DNA of 35,666 bases, taken from contig QMRZ01000001.1 of assembly GCA_003649495.1 (NCBI GenBank), forward strand, positions 1-35,666. Direction: 5' to 3'. The position numbers and the translations under genes are program-made. The notes under the pieces were generated by a model. The model searched no databases, was not told the origin of the DNA, and saw only the letters and a list, made by a program, of their open reading frames with translations. The stretch comes from Thermoprotei archaeon. GTDB taxonomy: Archaea; Thermoproteota; Thermoprotei; Thermofilales; Thermofilaceae. Shown one piece after another: positions 34,661-35,666 of this stretch; position 1 is the stretch's first letter; every line of letters begins with the position of its first letter.

Positions 34661-35666
34661 CTAGCCCTTTATCATGCCGTATCCTATTAGGCGCCACCTG
34701 CCTCCTATCTGCCTGCTTATAGCTAGCTTCATCCCAGGATAGGCGGCGATGGGTATCCTTAGGAGCAGGTCGGCCTCATCCCCCCTTAGCCCTCTCACGA
34801 GGCCTATTGTTACTGCAGTGCCCACGTTGAGCATCAGTAGCTCGCCTCGCCTCAGTGGCTCCACCCTTATCTCCTTCTCGAGGCCCACTACCCGCTCGAG
34901 CAGGGAGTACTCCACCGTTATCTCGTGCAGAACGGGCGGCATAGAGCCGGGGCGCCCCACCACGTTCCCCATCATGTTGTCAGACTTAGTGACGCTGGGG
35001 TCGAGCTTGGTGCCGACACCTATAAGGCCTCCGGGGTAAGCAACTTCGAGATCCTGAGTACCGGACCTCAGGCTCACTATCTCGGTTATCACGGGCTCAT
35101 ACCTAACAGCTCCTCGCCTAGTCTCAACCTTTATGCCGGGCCTAATCTCTATCTCATCGCCCACCTCAAACTTACCCTGTATTATCATGCCCCCCAGCAC
35201 GCCGCCCTTAAGCTCGTCGACGGGGGTGCCGGGCTTATTTATATCAAAGCTCCTAGCCACGAGCATTAGCGGGGGCTTGTTCGGATCCCTCTTCGGGGTA
35301 GGGATGCACTCCTCAATAGCCCACACAACAGCGTCTATGTTTACCTTATGTAGGGCTGAGACAGGTATTATTGGCGCGTCTTCAGCCCACGTCCCTGCGA
35401 TGAATTCCTTTATCTCCTTGTAATTCTCCTTAGCTCTCTCCTTACTAACTATATCAATTTTATTCTGAACTATTACTATATTCCTAATTCCCGACAGCGT
35501 TAAAGCCATGAAGTGCTCTCTAGTCTGGGGGCGAGGGCAGGGCTGTGAGGAGTCTATGACGAAGAGCACTCCATCCATCAGCGCCGTGCCAGCCAGCATG
35601 ACCGCCATCAGCATTTCGTGGCCGGGGACGTCCACGAAGGATATCTTGCGCACAGGCTCAAGCTCG
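34661..35666 (-). CDS. eif2g: translation initiation factor aIF2 gamma subunit (N-terminus beyond the window edge)
   Basis: GTPase motifs DVPGHE, QNKID and VSALH, followed by beta-barrel domains II and III. The frame stays open to the window end. Confidence 0.95.
   Translation of the reverse strand, partial: ELEPVRKISFVDVPGHEMLMAVMLAGTALMDGVLFVIDSSQPCPRPQTREHFMALTLSGIRNIVIVQNKIDIVSKERAKENYKEIKEFIAGTWAEDAPIIPVSALHKVNIDAVVWAIEECIPTPKRDPNKPPLMLVARSFDINKPGTPVDELKGGVLGGMIIQGKFEVGDEIEIRPGIKVETRRGAVRYEPVITEIVSLRSGTQDLEVAYPGGLIGVGTKLDPSVTKSDNMMGNVVGRPGSMPPVLHEITVEYSLLERVVGLEKEIRVEPLRRGELLMLNVGTAVTIGLVRGLRGDEADLLLRIPIAAYPGMKLAISRQIGGRWRLIGYGMIKG

Noticed and set aside
1-35666. Search for a CRISPR array, cas genes, transposase/integrase, IS termini, toxin-antitoxin pairs or a defence island
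   Set aside because: I saw no regularly spaced direct repeats. No ORF has nuclease/integrase/transposase hallmarks outside the canonical repair genes. Composition and gene packing look uniform, like core chromosome.

Overview
Gene-dense, moderately GC-rich segment with about 37 protein genes and one intron-containing tRNA. Genes are tightly packed, with many 4-20 nt overlaps. The proteins are rich in Glu, Arg, Leu and Val. Gene content is clearly archaeal and looks like the chromosomal core of a hyperthermophilic crenarchaeon (Thermoprotei, Desulfurococcales-like). The species cannot be named from sequence alone. The window is unusually rich in DNA replication and repair genes: XPD helicase, a nurA-herA-mre11-rad50 operon, radA, orc1/cdc6, and both RFC subunits. 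Housekeeping genes sit between them: Clp1-type RNA kinase, 6-phospho-3-hexuloisomerase, Lrp/AsnC regulators, CDP-archaeol synthase, ApgM phosphoglycerate mutase, a radical-SAM enzyme and aIF2-gamma. I found no CRISPR array, transposase, integrase or recognisable defence island, so I cannot point to one clear novel system. The candidates most worth follow-up are listed here. (1) A translationally coupled wHTH / P-loop-less RecA-fold paralogue / RadA unit. (2) An uncharacterised 287-aa gene heading the nurA-herA-mre11-rad50 operon. (3) A small TM protein / MoxR AAA+ / VWA module with an HHxxH motif and a Cys cluster. (4) A ParB/Srx-fold / ATP-cone / ApgM gene string. (5) An ABC exporter paired with a DUF1854-like protein. 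(6) Two ORF-free stretches, about 100-315 and 7355-7815, that may encode structured RNA or gene remnants. All functional calls rest on motifs read by eye. No database search was run.
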